A stretch of DNA of 64,000 bases from an uncultured virus (IMG/VR IMGVR_UViG_3300021437_000014) (IMGVR_UViG_3300021437_000014), one strand, 5' to 3'; shown: positions 46,937 through 56,888, counted from the stretch's first letter. Made by a program: numbers and translations. Notes: generated by a model not told the origin, from the letters alone.

Positions 46937-49870
46937 TTAGTTACTGGGCTTGCGATGAGGCTTGCGGCACCGGAACATGGGTACCCCAGCTTCGACAAGT
47001 TTCGTGACAGAGAACTTATACGTCTTGGTGTCAAGCGTCGTAGTCCCCTCACCGTACCCGAGCAGTGTCGGCACCTCTCGCAGAGAGATTTCAAAAGAAT
47101 TCTCACTAGGGTAAAGATGTTGCAGACCCACATGCTTGCAGTATTGCCTGTACTTGGCATAAGCAAACCGAGGTGCAAGATTGAGTACGAGTGACCCCTC
47201 TTCCTCGCCCTCCACCTCTTCTGCCACAACTTCAAATTCTGTTCCGTCGTTAATCCAGAATGCCCCGTCAGACGTTGTAATCCTCGACATGTCGGACATG
47301 GTTGTGAATACCTTTAGGTACTCTGGCATCACTTGAGTTGCTTCGTCATCTGCAATTAGAATTTTTGTTGCAGCATTCTTGAATGCTGCTTCAATGTCCC
47401 CACAGAAGACATGCCCTTGAAGAACCTCCATGAACACGTCCCTGATCTTACGCAAGCCATACAGAGCCACTGCACTGTTATATACAGGGCGGTCCTTTAC
47501 ATTAAGCTTTCGGTCATAATCACGCTTCGATAGAGCACCACCCTTCAAGTTTTCTGTGTCTTCAGGTGTCACTCTTGCATTGCGAGTAACCCAGTCCAAC
47601 AACTTTGCAAATTCAGGCTTGAACTCTTCCTCAAAGTCAGACATGACTGCTGACGCTGCGATATGGCGACCTACGACTGACCAAATATCAAGGTTATCCT
47701 TGTACTCAGCAAAGGCGATGGACTGAGCAAGTCCCTGCACAGTCCCTCCACCACGCTTGAACGGTACCATGATGCTGCGCTCAACAATCGCAGGCTCTGT
47801 CTCCGGTGCTTCCGCGACGTAGATCAGAGGTGCTGATAGTGGCACGCTGGTGAGTGCTGCCAGAGATGCATTGGTCTTGTTTCCGCCGCCTCGCAACTGA
47901 CCCTTGCCGTTGTAAATGTCCCGGAACAAAGCCCTGTACTTCTCAGTGACCGTCGAAGGCTGCATTGACGGTTTCCACTCGTCAAGCAACAGAGGAATGC
48001 TTGCAGAAGCCCCCATGAGCTGTGAAAAGGCAAACGGTGTGGTTGCCGGAGTCACCATTCGGGGTTCTTCATGTAGATAGAATAGCTTTAGGAAGCTGGA
48101 TGTAAACTCAGTCTTTCCAAGCCCTGACATTCCGTACACATGTAACATAGGGAACTTACCGTATGTTTTCTGGAATATAGCCTTGTAATGCGCTGCTGCC
48201 ATCCATCCAAGCATTCGCCCCACTGTGAGTGGGGAGGCACACGTGAACATGTTTTTTAGCATCAAGGCTGCACGCAGTCTATTCGACTGGCTGCTAAAGA
48301 AGTCCTGCAGACTTGGGCCACGTGTCAAGTCTGTACGGTACAGGCCCCTGGTATCCTCAAGCCCTACAAACTTCAGGTCAACTTCATAGTCCTCTAGCCA
48401 TGGAGGCTTTACAAGCGTAAACCTATCAGCCCAGACAAGGAAGTGTCTTGTTGATACGTCCTTGTCTGGGTGTGCTGGCAGATTTACCATATTAAGTCCT
48501 TCGCTGTGTATAGCATAGGACGAAGGTGTTTGTTCTGAAATCATGTCTAAAAGCTCTCTTGCATGGTTATCAGTTCCTGTAAATGAGCCACCGCAAGCAG
48601 CTACAGAGTTTTGTAGAGTTGCTGATGCTGTAAAAGACTTAGGTGTTAGTATAACATCATTGCCAAGGACCGTTGCGCTTATCTGAGCAATTTGCCGTTC
48701 AAATGGACTCCACAGTACCTCAATGTTTTTGAATATGAAGTTTGAGATTCGCTTTGTGGCCCCATCAACTGTAGTAGCTGCTGCCCTGTAACAGTTGCCA
48801 GCCTTGAAAATAGACCTTACTATATCTTCATCTTCAAAGCTTTCGTCAGACTCCTCAGCAATGTCGTTCAATGAAATCTTTTTCTTTGACAAACACGACT
48901 TTAACATCTGCTCATCGAACGTGTAGGCTTCATTGTCATGAACGTAGTCGAACATACGACGAAGCTCGTGCTCACGCTTGCGAGGAGTACTGTAGCGTCC
49001 GTCTGACACGTGCTTGTTGACAAGTTCTTGAGCATTCTCCACAAGCTCATCTGCGCCCCAGTTCGACTCCCTGGCGAATACAGCAAGTTGAATCGCCAGC
49101 TTGTTGAACCCCAAGTCTGCAAGGCCGTCACACTTGAGGATGCGTTGAACGTCCGGCAGGAGCTTCACCAAGGTTTGACGGTCAGTCACCTTCGGCTTGC
49201 GCTTTTTTATGCTGGAGATTTTCTGCTGTGCCTTGTCGAATACGAGTGAGAATTCCTCGTTGTAGGTTGCATTGGCTGTGCGAGCAACACGTGGGTACTT
49301 GCAGAGTGCCTCGTATGACTCAGCCGTCAGACTGTTCAGTTCTTCGACTGTAATAGGTACTTTGTAGTTACCGTTCTCACGCTGGTTGTAGCATGTCCTA
49401 AACATGCGACCACGCTTTGCAGTGTAGACAGCAAAGTCTAGTGTGTTTACAGCCAAGTCAAATGCTATTTCCTTATATATGGCTGGAAGTCTGGCTACTG
49501 GAACAACCTTGGCTATGAACACTGAAGGCTCAATAGTGAAGTGTAAACCCTTCTTGCCCGAAAGAAAAATGCTTACTTGGCTCTCTTCCAGACCCGCCTT
49601 GGTTAGTTTATCTAGTAGCTTCTTCCCACCGGCTATGGATTCTTCAATATCTGCGCTGTCGAGATCGAAGTAGAGAGGACCAAGGTACTTTACAGCATCA
49701 AGTTCTTCTCGTGTCTCAGTTCCATCTAGCAGACGGTCAAGGCTAAGTACTGTTACGAAGGTAGGGCTTACTTCTGACAAGTCCTTCTCAGCATGGACTG
49801 CCTTCCAGTCCTCAGACCCACCTGTTTTCTGATAGTATTTGTAGAGTTTTGTGCTCACTTGTTGCCCCAC
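46937..49870 (-). CDS. Primase-helicase fusion (AEP-type N-terminus plus P-loop NTPase)
   Basis: PLYFDLD, SGKKGLH; GMSGLGKT and LLLDEWK. Confidence 0.8.
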   Translation of the reverse strand: MGQQVSTKLYKYYQKTGGSEDWKAVHAEKDLSEVSPTFVTVLSLDRLLDGTETREELDAVKYLGPLYFDLDSADIEESIAGGKKLLDKLTKAGLEESQVSIFLSGKKGLHFTIEPSVFIAKVVPVARLPAIYKEIAFDLAVNTLDFAVYTAKRGRMFRTCYNQRENGNYKVPITVEELNSLTAESYEALCKYPRVARTANATYNEEFSLVFDKAQQKISSIKKRKPKVTDRQTLVKLLPDVQRILKCDGLADLGFNKLAIQLAVFARESNWGADELVENAQELVNKHVSDGRYSTPRKREHELRRMFDYVHDNEAYTFDEQMLKSCLSKKKISLNDIAEESDESFEDEDIVRSIFKAGNCYRAAATTVDGATKRISNFIFKNIEVLWSPFERQIAQISATVLGNDVILTPKSFTASATLQNSVAACGGSFTGTDNHARELLDMISEQTPSSYAIHSEGLNMVNLPAHPDKDVSTRHFLVWADRFTLVKPPWLEDYEVDLKFVGLEDTRGLYRTDLTRGPSLQDFFSSQSNRLRAALMLKNMFTCASPLTVGRMLGWMAAAHYKAIFQKTYGKFPMLHVYGMSGLGKTEFTSSFLKLFYLHEEPRMVTPATTPFAFSQLMGASASIPLLLDEWKPSMQPSTVTEKYRALFRDIYNGKGQLRGGGNKTNASLAALTSVPLSAPLIYVAEAPETEPAIVERSIMVPFKRGGGTVQGLAQSIAFAEYKDNLDIWSVVGRHIAASAVMSDFEEEFKPEFAKLLDWVTRNARVTPEDTENLKGGALSKRDYDRKLNVKDRPVYNSAVALYGLRKIRDVFMEVLQGHVFCGDIEAAFKNAATKILIADDEATQVMPEYLKVFTTMSDMSRITTSDGAFWINDGTEFEVVAEEVEGEEEGSLVLNLAPRFAYAKYRQYCKHVGLQHLYPSENSFEISLREVPTLLGYGEGTTTLDTKTYKFSVTKLVEAGVPMFRCRKPHRKPSN

Positions 49871-50328
49871 ACGTTGTTAAAGATATTCTCTTCAAGGACG
49901 TATGTGCAACCTTCATGGTGAATTTCTGGGTGGTGTGGCATTCGCAGAAGCAAACTCATTCGTATAGATGTTTTCTTGTTTTTCAGTGTTACACGTTCAA
50001 GCGTTGACTTCTGTGGGTGCCAAATGAATATGCCTGGATAAATTTCAGCCGGCTCGTGATCTACGTATGTAATAGTGCTGTCTGAAGACTCCCACTTAGA
50101 CCCTAAACCAAGGGCTATATCAAGGTCTACATCTATCTGCGTGAACGTGTCCTGAATCTCTGGCTTGCCGAGGAACAGGCGGTATATCACCAACCTCTTG
50201 CCAGGGTAGACCATGCACCTGTGCCCAGCTTGGGTGGCATCCCACCGCTCTTGCGTGTCAGGTTCTGCATGGGCCATTGCAGCGTCGGCCACCGCCGCCT
50301 CTAAGGCATTTTGTGCGTTGAAAAGCAT
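49855..50328 (-). CDS. Hypothetical protein
   Basis: 157-aa ORF overlapping the primase start. Confidence 0.6.
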   Translation of the reverse strand: MLFNAQNALEAAVADAAMAHAEPDTQERWDATQAGHRCMVYPGKRLVIYRLFLGKPEIQDTFTQIDVDLDIALGLGSKWESSDSTITYVDHEPAEIYPGIFIWHPQKSTLERVTLKNKKTSIRMSLLLRMPHHPEIHHEGCTYVLEENIFNNVWGNK

Positions 50329-50354
50329 GTTTAAAATCTCGAAATGTTTGGAGG

Positions 50355-50386
50355 CGCGATTCTAAACCAGAATCGCGGCGTGTCAG
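50355..50386 (-). promoter_or_regulatory. Putative sigma70 promoter overlapped by an inverted repeat
   Basis: CTGACA-16-TAGAAT; CGCGATTCT/AGAATCGCG. Confidence 0.5.
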
Positions 50387-51321
50387 GTTGAATTTCCGAG
50401 GAGCATCGCCCTCAACCCTGTTTTTGTCGGTTCAATTTTAGAAACCATGTCATCATTCTTAAGCAGGTTGGCTAATAAGCCTTCTTGCACAGTTCCTTTA
50501 GCTACAGCAAACCGCAGAGTTGGCGCTTTTGTTTGCCCTACCCTATCTAGTCTACCACAACTTTGTCGAATGTAGAGTGGCACAGTGTCAAGCTCAAGAA
50601 ACAGAGCTTCTGAGCATACGTGCTGTGGATTAAGACCGGCAGATGCACTCTGATACTGTGCCACCAATACCCGTGTTTCTGAATCTTCCATAAACGCTTT
50701 TATGGAGGCTTCGCTGTCTGCAAGCCCGTAAGCTGCTACAGCTTTTACACCTTTTGCATTTACATAACTCAATACAGAGCCAGAGGTTCTCTTGTACTTC
50801 GTCCAGATTATTAACTTTGATCTATCAATTTCAGCACACCTTGTACTCTCTAGTGTAATATCAATCAGATCATATGCTGCACTCCTGTTTGTAGCGTCAT
50901 TAGAGAAGAAGTCATAATTGACCACAACCTGCTGCAGAGCGTGTCTCAACTTCTGCACAGAAGTTGCGTCAATCTTGCTTCCATCATCGAATAGCAAAAG
51001 TTGTTCTTCCACAATTCGTTTATACAGCTTATAATGCCCAGATGACAACTCATACGTGCAGTCAGGATAGATTGGCTTTATGTTGTACCCATGCATTTCT
51101 TCCTTAGTCCTGCTAACTGAAAACAGCTCAAGGTTTTTCTTCAATAGTTCAATGTTTGTAAACTTTGTAGGTGCCCCAAAAAAGTCATATTCCTCTACAT
51201 GTATATTTGTAAACTGTGTATACGACCTATATGTTGTAGGCTGACACAATTTTATATAAGCATACGCATCTGTAGGCTTGTTAACAGGTGTTCCTGTTAA
51301 AAGTTGTAGGCTACGAGACAA
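50383..51321 (-). CDS. SNF2-like helicase, C-terminal part
   Basis: Motif III LLTGTP, SAGLNPQ, QSCGRLDRVGQ. Confidence 0.8.
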   Translation of the reverse strand: MSRSLQLLTGTPVNKPTDAYAYIKLCQPTTYRSYTQFTNIHVEEYDFFGAPTKFTNIELLKKNLELFSVSRTKEEMHGYNIKPIYPDCTYELSSGHYKLYKRIVEEQLLLFDDGSKIDATSVQKLRHALQQVVVNYDFFSNDATNRSAAYDLIDITLESTRCAEIDRSKLIIWTKYKRTSGSVLSYVNAKGVKAVAAYGLADSEASIKAFMEDSETRVLVAQYQSASAGLNPQHVCSEALFLELDTVPLYIRQSCGRLDRVGQTKAPTLRFAVAKGTVQEGLLANLLKNDDMVSKIEPTKTGLRAMLLGNST

Positions 51322-51778
51322 GTCTAGCTACCTTTCTGAATAATTGAGATGAGTGGTTCTTTAGAAAGTGAGCTTCGTCTACTATGACTTCAAGTGAAGT
51401 ACTTAGATTCTTTTCCAACTTGTCAAAATCATCTCTGAAAATCGCATGTGAGCAAATTATCCAGTGAGCATTTTTAATATCCATCACTGCCCTCTGCTTT
51501 GGTGTTCCCCTGTAAGTCAGAACACCGTCAGATACCTTGACAAGCCAGCTTGCCCAAGGTGTTATGAGAATTGGAGGGACGATCACAAGTTTTTGCTTGT
51601 TGCTTCGCATAAGCGCTACGACTGTGCTCATGGCTGTCTTGCCGCAGCCCACCTCCGAGAAGTTTTTGCAGTTGTCCCACAAAAGCATGTTCTCAACGTC
51701 AACAATCTGGAGTTTGGTCAACTCGAACCCGCTTTTGGCGGCAAAACCATAAGCGGCACTCCATTCACGGTACTTCAT
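51311..51778 (-). CDS. SNF2-like helicase, N-terminal part
   Basis: EVGCGKT, VIVPP, IVDEAHFLKN. Confidence 0.8.
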   Translation of the reverse strand: MKYREWSAAYGFAAKSGFELTKLQIVDVENMLLWDNCKNFSEVGCGKTAMSTVVALMRSNKQKLVIVPPILITPWASWLVKVSDGVLTYRGTPKQRAVMDIKNAHWIICSHAIFRDDFDKLEKNLSTSLEVIVDEAHFLKNHSSQLFRKVARLVS

Positions 51779-52134
51779 GCTACCGCCCCGAATCGTTTTT
51801 CGATGTTTCTGACGACGTGACGACTGAAGTCTGTGTTGATTCGGAGCTTGACAAGCAGCCCAGGAAACGCCAGCGGCCCCAGCAGGCACCCCATTTCACC
51901 CAGCGAGCTATTGGCGTCGTGTGGCGTGTTTGCCAGGGCCAGTGCTGGTACCCAGTACCCAATCGCAACTTGGTGATCGTCAAGAGTGTCCAACTGGAAC
52001 CCTGCCGCTGCCAGCATGATGTTGAATGAGGCAAAGTCCTTCGGAGCCAGCAAGCCAACTCCCTTGCCGTCAATCACGTAAGACTTGGGGTGCTTCTCAC
52101 CCCAATAGAATTTGTTGAGGTGATCAAAATTCAA
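51775..52134 (-). CDS. Hypothetical protein
   Basis: 4-nt overlaps with both neighbours. Confidence 0.6.
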   Translation of the reverse strand: MNFDHLNKFYWGEKHPKSYVIDGKGVGLLAPKDFASFNIMLAAAGFQLDTLDDHQVAIGYWVPALALANTPHDANSSLGEMGCLLGPLAFPGLLVKLRINTDFSRHVVRNIEKRFGAVA

Positions 52135-53054
52135 TTGAGTGGCTCCATGTCTATTACGTCTCTGAATCCAAGTGCACGTGGGTGCCTAGGTCTAACGTCA
52201 GCTCCGTATCCCAGATGCCTGAACTTGATGTACTTGCCTTCAAGTGTTGACTTATCTAGCACATAGGCATCCCACATCACCTTTAGTTCGTCGTGTGTGA
52301 ACTTACCTGGTCCAACCTTGAAGTCAATTCCGTCTTTGACTACGTTGAACCCTCCAAGTCGTCCGTTTGGTGTCTTGTTCTCAGCGTGCGTAGAACGCTT
52401 GGTCTCACCTACTTCGTTTGTAAATGCTTCATTGTTATTTGTCAGACCTTCATAAGCCCCTACGATCAAAGCCTCATCGTCGGCGTCTGGCTTCAGCTTG
52501 AGTTGAGTCTGCTGCTTTGATGATGACTTACCGTACTTGTATTGGCCTGTCGGGTCTTTCAGAATCAAGCCTTCGGCCCCGGATTCAAGCACCTCGGAAT
52601 AGAGGTCGTCAACCTCTGCCTGGTTGTGAACAAACCGTTGCTCAACCACACGGATTTTTGCCTTGATATGATCTGGCAAGAAAGCATAAGCTGCCGAGAT
52701 GTTTCGGAATCGCTCCAGGGCAAACGATTTCAAGTCGTTGCAGCAGTCAAACACATAGAGTGTGAACTCTGGTTCACCTTCAATTGTCATCGCCGCACTG
52801 AATGTCTTTTTATAGCAGTCAGGCGCAAGTGGGTCTCCACTGATCACTTCCATGTCAAAGCCTTCAGGTACGCTGTCCTCAATGAACTTGCGAATGTGTA
52901 GGTTCGGCAGAGGCTTTCCAGATTTTGTGCGTGTCTTGCCCTCGAACTTGCAGACTCGAATGCCGTCAAGTTTCAGGCTTGCCATCTTGGGGAACGTGAT
53001 GGGGAACTTTTCTTCAGGGGCGCAGGAGCGCATGGGCTTGAACTGGTCAGACAT
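52131..53054 (-). CDS. ATP-dependent DNA ligase
   Basis: KLDGIR, FDMEV, YVFD, EGLILK, KLKP, PRHP. Confidence 0.92.
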   Translation of the reverse strand: MSDQFKPMRSCAPEEKFPITFPKMASLKLDGIRVCKFEGKTRTKSGKPLPNLHIRKFIEDSVPEGFDMEVISGDPLAPDCYKKTFSAAMTIEGEPEFTLYVFDCCNDLKSFALERFRNISAAYAFLPDHIKAKIRVVEQRFVHNQAEVDDLYSEVLESGAEGLILKDPTGQYKYGKSSSKQQTQLKLKPDADDEALIVGAYEGLTNNNEAFTNEVGETKRSTHAENKTPNGRLGGFNVVKDGIDFKVGPGKFTHDELKVMWDAYVLDKSTLEGKYIKFRHLGYGADVRPRHPRALGFRDVIDMEPLN

Positions 53055-53472
53055 TTTTGATGTGGTAAGGTGTTGATTTTCCGTTGATGATTGAATTGCA
53101 GTTCATGTAGTCCATAGACCCTGGACGTGCATGGTACTTTTCAGGTACGTAAGTATCACGTGAGGGTACAAAAAGGTTTGATTTTACCTTTTCTCTGTTC
53201 TCTTTAATCTCTTCCTTGAGGCTCCGCTCGTTGACTTCAGAAAGCAGGGTCCGACCTCGTGATGTGATGCTGACAGTCTCACCGGACAGAACCAGCAAGC
53301 CTTCCTCAAGCCCCTGCGGAAGCAAAACGTCCACGAAAAACCTATGCCGCAGTGAGCTTATAGACTTCTGTAGGTCAGACACCAGCGTTGAGATGTTTTG
53401 CTCACCAGACTGTAGGGCTTGTAGGGCTGCAAACATTGTTGTTCCTCGACGTACCGCGTAAGCTTTCTTCAT
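53047..53472 (-). CDS. Hypothetical protein, possibly winged helix
   Basis: GLLVL...ITSRGR; overlaps neighbours. Confidence 0.55.
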   Translation of the reverse strand: MKKAYAVRRGTTMFAALQALQSGEQNISTLVSDLQKSISSLRHRFFVDVLLPQGLEEGLLVLSGETVSITSRGRTLLSEVNERSLKEEIKENREKVKSNLFVPSRDTYVPEKYHARPGSMDYMNCNSIINGKSTPYHIKNV

Positions 53473-53738
53473 CGAAGTTGCTCCATTTTTGATACAGTAA
53501 GACTGAACGTATGCATGTTTATTTTCCTTAAAGTTTTTTCATATGTTTTTATGATGTGCTTGTCTTTTAGTGCTGACTTCGGTAGGTTGTTATCAACCAA
53601 TACACAGAAGACTTTGGCCAAGTCTATAATACTCTTATGCCACTCACTATCAAGTCCTTGCATAGAGTCTACAAGCGCCGAAGCTAGAACCAGCTCAAGC
53701 TGTAGAATCTCTGATCTGTGTAGTTTTCTGTAAGTCAT
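53469..53738 (-). CDS. Hypothetical protein
   Basis: Part of overlapping minus-strand gene run. Confidence 0.5.
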   Translation of the reverse strand: MTYRKLHRSEILQLELVLASALVDSMQGLDSEWHKSIIDLAKVFCVLVDNNLPKSALKDKHIIKTYEKTLRKINMHTFSLTVSKMEQLR

Positions 53739-53964
53739 CAGGTCTTCTAGGTAGAGGTGCCCATGCTATGAATTCCTGTGTGGTTTCTTTCGTAAGCACG
53801 CCGTAGATAGCAACTCCGTACTTAGTCAATAACTGGAGTTTAACACCTTTGGGGGCTTCTTGCGTTCGAGTGTTCCAGTAGTAGGTCTTAGCTACAGCAA
53901 CTGAGCCATCCTTATTCAATGTGTATTGCGGCTCATTGAGAGCCGGGTTTACAAGGTTATACAT
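53695..53964 (-). CDS. Conserved phage hypothetical protein (DUF551-like)
   Basis: PKGVKLQLL...GVA.YG...AWAPLP. Confidence 0.6.
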   Translation of the reverse strand: MYNLVNPALNEPQYTLNKDGSVAVAKTYYWNTRTQEAPKGVKLQLLTKYGVAIYGVLTKETTQEFIAWAPLPRRPDDLQKTTQIRDSTA

Positions 53965-54257
53965 ACACTTACTTTCTTGATGTGAGCCTGCTCATGTGTC
54001 AGCACACTTGCATGAATATGTACATTGTACTTCTTTTGAAAAGCATTCAGCAGGGCCTTAATGTCTTCTTCAAGGTCTTGCTTGTCTGACTTTAGACTGT
54101 CTAGCGTGTTTGTTACCTTTGCCGCATAGAAACACTCTTCGTCGGTTGAGTCAAGCATTGTAACGATGCTTGCTTCGCCTGAATTGTTTTCTAGCCAGTG
54201 CTTGCAATTCTTACAATTCTGGTCAGGTTTTGCCGGTAGGCAAACTACGTTTTCCAT
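53949..54257 (-). CDS. Hypothetical protein with CxxCxH
   Basis: AAGGA RBS; start moved to ATG 54257. Confidence 0.55.
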   Translation of the reverse strand: MENVVCLPAKPDQNCKNCKHWLENNSGEASIVTMLDSTDEECFYAAKVTNTLDSLKSDKQDLEEDIKALLNAFQKKYNVHIHASVLTHEQAHIKKVSVCITL

Positions 54258-54258
54258 T

Positions 54259-54399
54259 TTATTTCCTTTTAATGTACACGACGATGAACTCAACAATAGA
54301 CAGTATTCCAAACATGGTGGCAGGGTAAATAGATTCTTTACCCAATGCAGAGGCCATGTAGACTGACGATAAAACAGAGAAAAACTGTAGGTTATTCAT
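54259..54399 (-). CDS. Small membrane protein (46 aa)
   Basis: Manual translation MNNLQFFSVLSSVYMASALG...ILSIVEFIVVYIKRK; fills gap. Confidence 0.45.
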   Translation of the reverse strand: MNNLQFFSVLSSVYMASALGKESIYPATMFGILSIVEFIVVYIKRK

Positions 54400-54559
54400 T
54401 TATGTCAACCTTGTTTGTATTTACTCGGAAGTCTTCAAGTGTTTCAAGTATTATCTTCTTATCCTCGAATTCTTCATACGGCACTGTCACTGACAGGACC
54501 CTCTGCCTGTCATGAAATAGGTGCCATTCGTCATTTCGTAGAAGAACCAGCTTTGTCAT
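54392..54559 (-). CDS. Small hypothetical protein (55 aa)
   Basis: Manual translation MTKLVLLRNDEWHLFHDRQ...; fills gap. Confidence 0.45.
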   Translation of the reverse strand: MTKLVLLRNDEWHLFHDRQRVLSVTVPYEEFEDKKIILETLEDFRVNTNKVDINE

Positions 54560-54752
54560 TAAGACGCTCCTGATAGGTTGTGAAGGCCCAGGCAGTGCCT
54601 TCTGTTCTGATTCTAGACCAAACAGAATCTTTCTCTGTTTGGCTCATGGAGTTCCAATTTGAAACTTCGAGGTAAGTTCTACCACAACCCTTACAGACTT
54701 CATCGTAAAGGGTTGTGCAGACACCTATGCAAGGGCTGTCAGGGTTTCGCAT
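54531..54752 (-). CDS. DUF1289 family predicted Fe-S protein
   Basis: SPCIGVC...CKGCGRT..EV..W......K..VW. Confidence 0.85.
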   Translation of the reverse strand: MRNPDSPCIGVCTTLYDEVCKGCGRTYLEVSNWNSMSQTEKDSVWSRIRTEGTAWAFTTYQERLNDKAGSSTK

Positions 54753-55224
54753 TGAGTCGTGCCTCAAGTTCCTCGATACGTTCGTCAAGTGTCCGCAGAC
54801 AACTCTCTGCCGATGAAATCTTATTGTCCATATGCTTGATGTGCCTGTACAGCCGTTCCGCATCCTTGCGAAGTTCTGCGTTCTCACGCCTAGCATCAGC
54901 AAGTTCATCAGTCAGTTGGTTTAGGTTTCGCTCATTAGTTTCGTTCTCACATTCAAGCTCTTTGATACGTGCGGCCATATGTGGATACGGCTGCACCTCG
55001 TTTGAAATTGGATATTGAATTGAAGTCCTGATGTACCTCACTGTCCAAAGCTGTTTATCCTCCCGGACTTGCTTTAGCAGTTCTTGGTGTTTCTTCTCCT
55101 CTTGTAGCCAATGTGTATCCGCGAAGGCAGAAAGAAAAGTTCCAGACTCGCTCATAGCTACACAAACGGTAACAGGTGTGTGTGACATGTCACTCATGTC
55201 GTCCCTTGGTATTTGCTGGTTCAT
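54739..55224 (-). CDS. Hypothetical coiled-coil protein
   Basis: GGAG RBS; C-terminal heptads. Confidence 0.55.
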   Translation of the reverse strand: MNQQIPRDDMSDMSHTPVTVCVAMSESGTFLSAFADTHWLQEEKKHQELLKQVREDKQLWTVRYIRTSIQYPISNEVQPYPHMAARIKELECENETNERNLNQLTDELADARRENAELRKDAERLYRHIKHMDNKISSAESCLRTLDERIEELEARLNAKP

Positions 55225-55403
55225 TGGTTTACTCCAGGTTGTTTTGCACGAAGCCTAAGTATGAACTCAGTCCGAGCAGCCTTCAGAGAGCCGTCAGACA
55301 CGTACTTTTCAAAATACCCATCGTGGATGGTTGACAAAACCCAGTAACCTGCCTGGTTTCTATTGACGGAAATGTCCTGCTTTCGGATGTTATGTGTACT
55401 CAT
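55221..55403 (-). CDS. Hypothetical protein
   Basis: Overlapping gene run. Confidence 0.5.
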   Translation of the reverse strand: MSTHNIRKQDISVNRNQAGYWVLSTIHDGYFEKYVSDGSLKAARTEFILRLRAKQPGVNQ

Positions 55404-55672
55404 ACACCCTCTGCTTTCTGAATTGCCGCCCTTGCCATAGCACAGGCTGAGTCATAGGAGCCCTCTTGAGACTTTGAATTGACAGATGCTCCGAAATCCC
55501 AGGTTTTCAGCAACTTCAGGGCTAGCAAGAGTTGTGGCGCTGCCGCTATCAGGGTGGCGTCTTCCGGTATTGGGTCATCTACAAAGTCACAGACAACTCT
55601 TGTCTTTCCGACGATCATTCCGCAGTCGTCTCCGTTGTTAGGTTCAAATGTCCAAGGTGCCTGTGTGTGCAT
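55400..55672 (-). CDS. Conserved phage early protein
   Basis: HTQAPW...ATLIAAAPQLLLAL...ARAAIQKA pattern. Confidence 0.7.
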   Translation of the reverse strand: MHTQAPWTFEPNNGDDCGMIVGKTRVVCDFVDDPIPEDATLIAAAPQLLLALKLLKTWDFGASVNSKSQEGSYDSACAMARAAIQKAEGV

Positions 55673-55759
55673 TGCATTTCCTTTTATGTTTAAATCTGCT
55701 CAAGTAAATCTTGATAGGTTCAATGCAGTCATGTTAGTGTACTTGAAGCTTATACTTGC

Positions 55760-55948
55760 TCATTTGCGAGCCTCCAACATTGCATCAGCCATCGCGTAAC
55801 TTATTTTTGCGCATGACGCGAAATGACTTTCACTGTACTCTTGGATAATGCCCTGCATCGCCTTCTCCGCGAAGTAGTCTCTCAATTCCACCACAGGACT
55901 GTGGGGTATTTCAAGCTCGTTATTGTTATTGTCAAAGTCATATACCAT
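55760..55948 (-). CDS. Conserved phage early protein
   Basis: LRDYFAEKAMQG...SYAMADAMLEAR pattern. Confidence 0.7.
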   Translation of the reverse strand: MVYDFDNNNNELEIPHSPVVELRDYFAEKAMQGIIQEYSESHFASCAKISYAMADAMLEARK

Positions 55949-55999
55949 TTAGTTTCTCCAATATGATGAGTTAATCAGTGAAAGTTACATACAGGTGTT

Positions 56000-56605
56000 T
56001 CATTTTATACACTCAGTTTCTGAGAATACAACTTTGTTTTTGACCAGGTGAATCCAAATACCTTCGTGTTTAAACGGAAAGCCCTTGATACCGTAGATAT
56101 TGTCTTGACATATGCATTCGCCACTGACGTGCCTTACTCCAATGCGACTTGCCATAACTACAGGTGTAAACTCGTCTTCGGTGGCGTCAAGTGTAACGTA
56201 CAAGTACGCGCTCTCACTGTAGTATCCGTTGCTCTCACCGAAAAATCGAATGTCAACCCAACCCTTGACTGTAGCAAGTTTGAAAAATGTCCAGGTAGAT
56301 GACTCACCGTGACCTTCGCTTGCTGATTCTTCAGCTACCAAAATAGGGCTACCTACCAAGTCTTGTAGGTCACCAACTATAGACTCTATGCTAACACTCT
56401 CACAGCAATCTTGCTTATGCTTCAACACGAATTCCTTACCACACGTTGAAGTCATGCGTAGTTCTTCGTTGTTATCTCTAGCAATGTCGTCCTGAGCAGA
56501 CGCATCAAAATATGGGTCATAACGCTCTACACTGACAAGTGTCAATCCTTTTAGAGCTGAAAAGTGTGTCCTAGCTTCTTTAATTTTTACCGTCAGTTTT
56601 GCCAT
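56000..56605 (-). CDS. Conserved phage hypothetical protein
   Basis: HKQDCCESV...GDL.DL.G.PIL.AEE...TWTFFKLAT.KG...ESNGYYSE. Confidence 0.7.
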   Translation of the reverse strand: MAKLTVKIKEARTHFSALKGLTLVSVERYDPYFDASAQDDIARDNNEELRMTSTCGKEFVLKHKQDCCESVSIESIVGDLQDLVGSPILVAEESASEGHGESSTWTFFKLATVKGWVDIRFFGESNGYYSESAYLYVTLDATEDEFTPVVMASRIGVRHVSGECICQDNIYGIKGFPFKHEGIWIHLVKNKVVFSETECIK

Positions 56606-56645
56606 TTAGGTCTCCAGTTAAGTTCTTTAACGTACTTCTTTTCGG

Positions 56646-56888
56646 TTAACACGAGGAAATAAGGACAGAACATTTCAGTATCTTCTGCCCAACCTGCCAC
56701 AAGCCGCCTCTCCAGGAGGGTCTGCCGTGCTTGCGTGGTATTTTTCTCAACCTGACTAATAAAGTCTCTGCACCATCGTCAATTTTCACAGTCAGGTGGT
56801 GCCCGTTGTGTGTTTTCGTGACGATTCCTGTATAGGACCGTGACAGCTTACCGTCTTGCAGTGCGATTACTGAGGCTCCTACTTTCAT
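56646..56888 (-). CDS. Hypothetical protein
   Basis: ORF in early gene run. Confidence 0.45.
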   Translation of the reverse strand: MKVGASVIALQDGKLSRSYTGIVTKTHNGHHLTVKIDDGAETLLVRLRKIPRKHGRPSWRGGLWQVGQKILKCSVLISSC

